This document shows positions 61,691-64,000 of a stretch of 64,000 nucleotides of DNA, piece after piece. The stretch is taken from assembly GCF_902713615.1 (NCBI RefSeq), contig NW_024055482.1, forward strand, positions 1 through 64,000. Direction: 5' to 3'. The stretch is from Scyliorhinus canicula (Eukaryota). The notes beneath the pieces are model-generated. The model did not search any database and had not been told where the DNA came from. It saw only the letters and a program-made list of their open reading frames with translations. The first letter of the stretch is position 1; the number at the start of each line of letters is the position of its first letter. The position numbers and the translations under genes are program-made.

Positions 61691-62079
61691 CACAGTGATG
61701 GGTCTCGGCTTCCCGCGATACAAAATCCCTCACTGCGGATTATCACAGAAACAAATGTAAAAGCGGAGTTAATCTGCCCTGAAACCCCCACAGTTCCGCC
61801 TCACACTGTCTGTCCCGTGCTCTGGTTTATAACGAGACTGGATCATTCCCGTTAACATCTTGAGTTTTATAAACGCCGAGTTTGTGCGGATGTTGATACT
61901 TTTCCAGAAATTAGTGTCAGTGAATGGAGATTGGGAATAACTGATCTCAGTGACGAACCCTCAGACCATCCGGATCCTGTTCCAACAGAGGGAACTGGGA
62001 ACCGCAGTCCCCACTGTTGAAGTTATGTCCCCACGTTCACCATATAGCCGGTGATTTTATATTGACTTGCCATACGGTG

Positions 62080-62093
62080 CTACAATGGATATT
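62080..62093 (+). other. D segment of the NAR-TCR cassette
   Basis: 5' RSS: TGATTTTAT 62052-62060, 12 bp, TACGGTG 62073-62079. Core CTACAATGGATATT is open in all three frames. 3' heptamer CACAGTG 62094-62100. Confidence 0.8.
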
Positions 62094-62472
62094 CACAGTG
62101 ACAGAGACCGGGTCAATTTCCTCCGCACAAAGCAAGTAACAATTCGCCCGGCCTGGTGGCGAATTATCGGGATGATGTTATCATGGCTGTAACCTGGTTA
62201 CGTTTCATTGTCATTTCCACCATTTCCATCTTTCTTTATCATTTTCGTCGGTTTATATGAAGCGAATATTTCCTGCCTCCGGCCATTTAGTCATAGCTCA
62301 GGGCCTCACAGAGAACGGTTTAAATCAACACAGTCTCTGAAACATTGGATGTTGTTTATGTATTTCAACCCCCCGAATAATTGGGCAGCTTCGAATGATT
62401 GGTGATCATTTTCTTGCTGTTTGAGGTGTCGGTGGTTATTGTACCGGGGAGTCTGAGAGCCGCGTCACTGGG

Positions 62473-62514
62473 GATATGCAGATGGATACGGGACGGTGGT
62501 GACTGTCACAGCCG
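62473..62514 (+). other. J segment of the NAR-TCR cassette
   Basis: YADGYGTVVTVTA (IgNAR-type xGxGT..TV) ending at a phase-1 donor GTAAGT. Upstream nonamer GGTTATTGT 62434-62442, 23 bp, heptamer CACTGGG 62466-62472. Confidence 0.9.
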
Positions 62515-63269
62515 GTAAGTGTCTCCAAACCCCGCTATTTTACAGAGCGTGTCCGCGAATGTTAACCCTCAGTTTATTATTATGATCCGTACTTCTTTAA
62601 ACCGATTGAAACTGGAGCTGATCTGCTTTCTAAGTAATATTCTTGGCGGCAGATTTTGATTTCCGAGCAGAATATGATTCTGGAGTTGGGTCCAGGTCTT
62701 TCCTGTGGAAACTGTATATGGACTAGGAGGTCAGAGGGATAGGGGTAGTGGTAATTGGGGTTGAGTTGTGGTGTTGGTGGGAGTTGACAGTATGTGGACC
62801 ATTACTAGTTTAATGGCACATCATGTCCATGCTCAACATCACAGGCTCTCTCATTCCGAACTGTTTTTAATGAAAGCAGATTGTCGACGGTCCGGACTCC
62901 GCTGTCGGAGTTGGTCTGTGAGGGGGCTCTGTGTCTGTCCGTTTGGTCACCACATCGGCTCTTAGAGCTCTCTCCACGGCAGCCGTTCGTTCTCCGAACT
63001 GCGCAATGTGATTGATGCACCATGTGAAGAAACGCAACATTTGCGGAAACGCATGTACCGACATTTGAAACAGTCCAGAGAAAATTCACGAGGTTGGCCC
63101 CGTCTTTGGAGGTAATTTCTATAAAGGAGATTCGAAGAAAGAGACTTGACCTTATTGAGACAGATAGGATAATCTGGGGGTTTGATAGGCTGGATCCTGA
63201 GAGGATTTCCTTTTGTGTCTCGAACCAGAGGGCATAATCTCTGAGTCAAGGGGCGCCATGTAAAACAGA

Positions 63270-63602
63270 GATTACATAGAACAGTACAGGCCCTTCGGCC
63301 CTCGATGTTGTGCCGAGCAATGATCACCCCTCTCAAACCCACGTATCCACCCTATACCCGTAACCCAACAACACCCCCCCCCTAACCTTACTTTTTAAGG
63401 ACACTACGGGCAATTTAGCATGGCCAATCCACCTAACCCGCACATTTTTGGACTGTGGGAGGAAACCGGGGCACCCGGAGGAAACCCACGCACACACGGG
63501 GAGGACGTGCAGACTCCGCACAGACAGTGACCCAGCCGGGAACCGAACCTGGGACCCTGGAGCTGTGAAGCATTTATGCTAACCACCATGCTACCGTGCT
63601 GC
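63270..63602 (-). mobile_element. Young SINE
   Basis: Same subfamily as 20770. Confidence 0.87.
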
Positions 63603-63604
63603 GG

Positions 63605-64000
63605 TACGGTAGGAGGAATTACGATTAGGAGGAATTTGTTCTCTCAGACGGCCGTGAAACTGTGAAATATTGGCGCTAAGCATGTTCAAGGCTGAAAGAG
63701 ACAGACATATATTCAGTGAGGGCGTCGAGCGTTAGGGGTATAAGGTGGGATAGTAGAGTTGAGGATTATCGTCATGAAAAATTTTAAGGTGGAAAAGTCC
63801 CCAGGGCCTGATGGGATCTACCCCAGAATACTGAAGAAGGCTAGCGAGGAAATTGCTGAGGCCTTGATAGAAATCTTTGGATCCTCACTGTCTTCAGGTA
63901 TGTTCCAGAGGACTGGAGAATAGCCTATGTTGTTCTATTGTTTAAGAAGGGAGCAAGGATAATCCAGGGAACTACAAGCCGGTGAGCCTTGCATCAGTGG
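63605..64000 (+). mobile_element. CR1 fragments
   Basis: KSPGPDGIYPRILKKASEEIAEAL...NYKPVSL running off the window end. Confidence 0.85.

Noticed and set aside
61740-62430. Additional D segments (e.g. GTCAGTG/CTCAGTG at ~61915-61950, CACAGAG at ~62307)
   Set aside because: No heptamer plus correctly spaced nonamer on both sides.
145-63602. SINE heads as extra tRNA genes
   Set aside because: They have A/B boxes but no full cloverleaf and continue into SINE body and LINE-like tail.
62521-64000. Supporting V-delta for the NAR-TCR cassette
   Set aside because: No V-domain motifs or RSS found after the J; only unique intron-like sequence, a SINE and CR1 fragments. It probably lies beyond the window.

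Overview
Vertebrate genomic DNA from a cartilaginous fish; the SINE/CR1/Penelope-like repeats look catshark (Scyliorhinus)-like, which is an inference. The window is part of a T-cell receptor alpha/delta V region. It holds two apparently functional TRA/TRD-type V segments (22470-22976, 26669-27173), each with leader exon, intron and RSS, and about nine V pseudogenes in both orientations. At the right end is an IgNAR-like V-D-J cassette of the NAR-TCR type (61213-62514); its J heptamer is mutated and its supporting V-delta is not in the window. Pol III genes are interleaved with the V segments: tRNA-Thr(CGT), tRNA-Asn(GTT) and a ~2.45-kb tandem unit present about 5.4 times at 5.56-18.8 kb and about 1.2 times at 35.3-38.2 kb. 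Each full unit carries a tRNA-Pro with an 18-nt intron at the canonical 37/38 site, a tRNA-Val on the opposite strand and a decayed second intron-bearing tRNA-Pro. Intron-bearing Pro genes or relics occur with all three anticodons (TGG, CGG, AGG), which is outside the usual vertebrate set of intron-containing tRNAs and is the most unusual observation here. Region 145-18.5 kb is segmentally duplicated at 29.95-38.2 kb. The rest is mobile DNA: L1, a near full-length CR1, Rex1/Babar-like fragments, a solo LTR, a hairpin element and many SINEs. Most ORFs in the supplied track are spurious. All coordinates were counted by hand; repeat boundaries are approximate.
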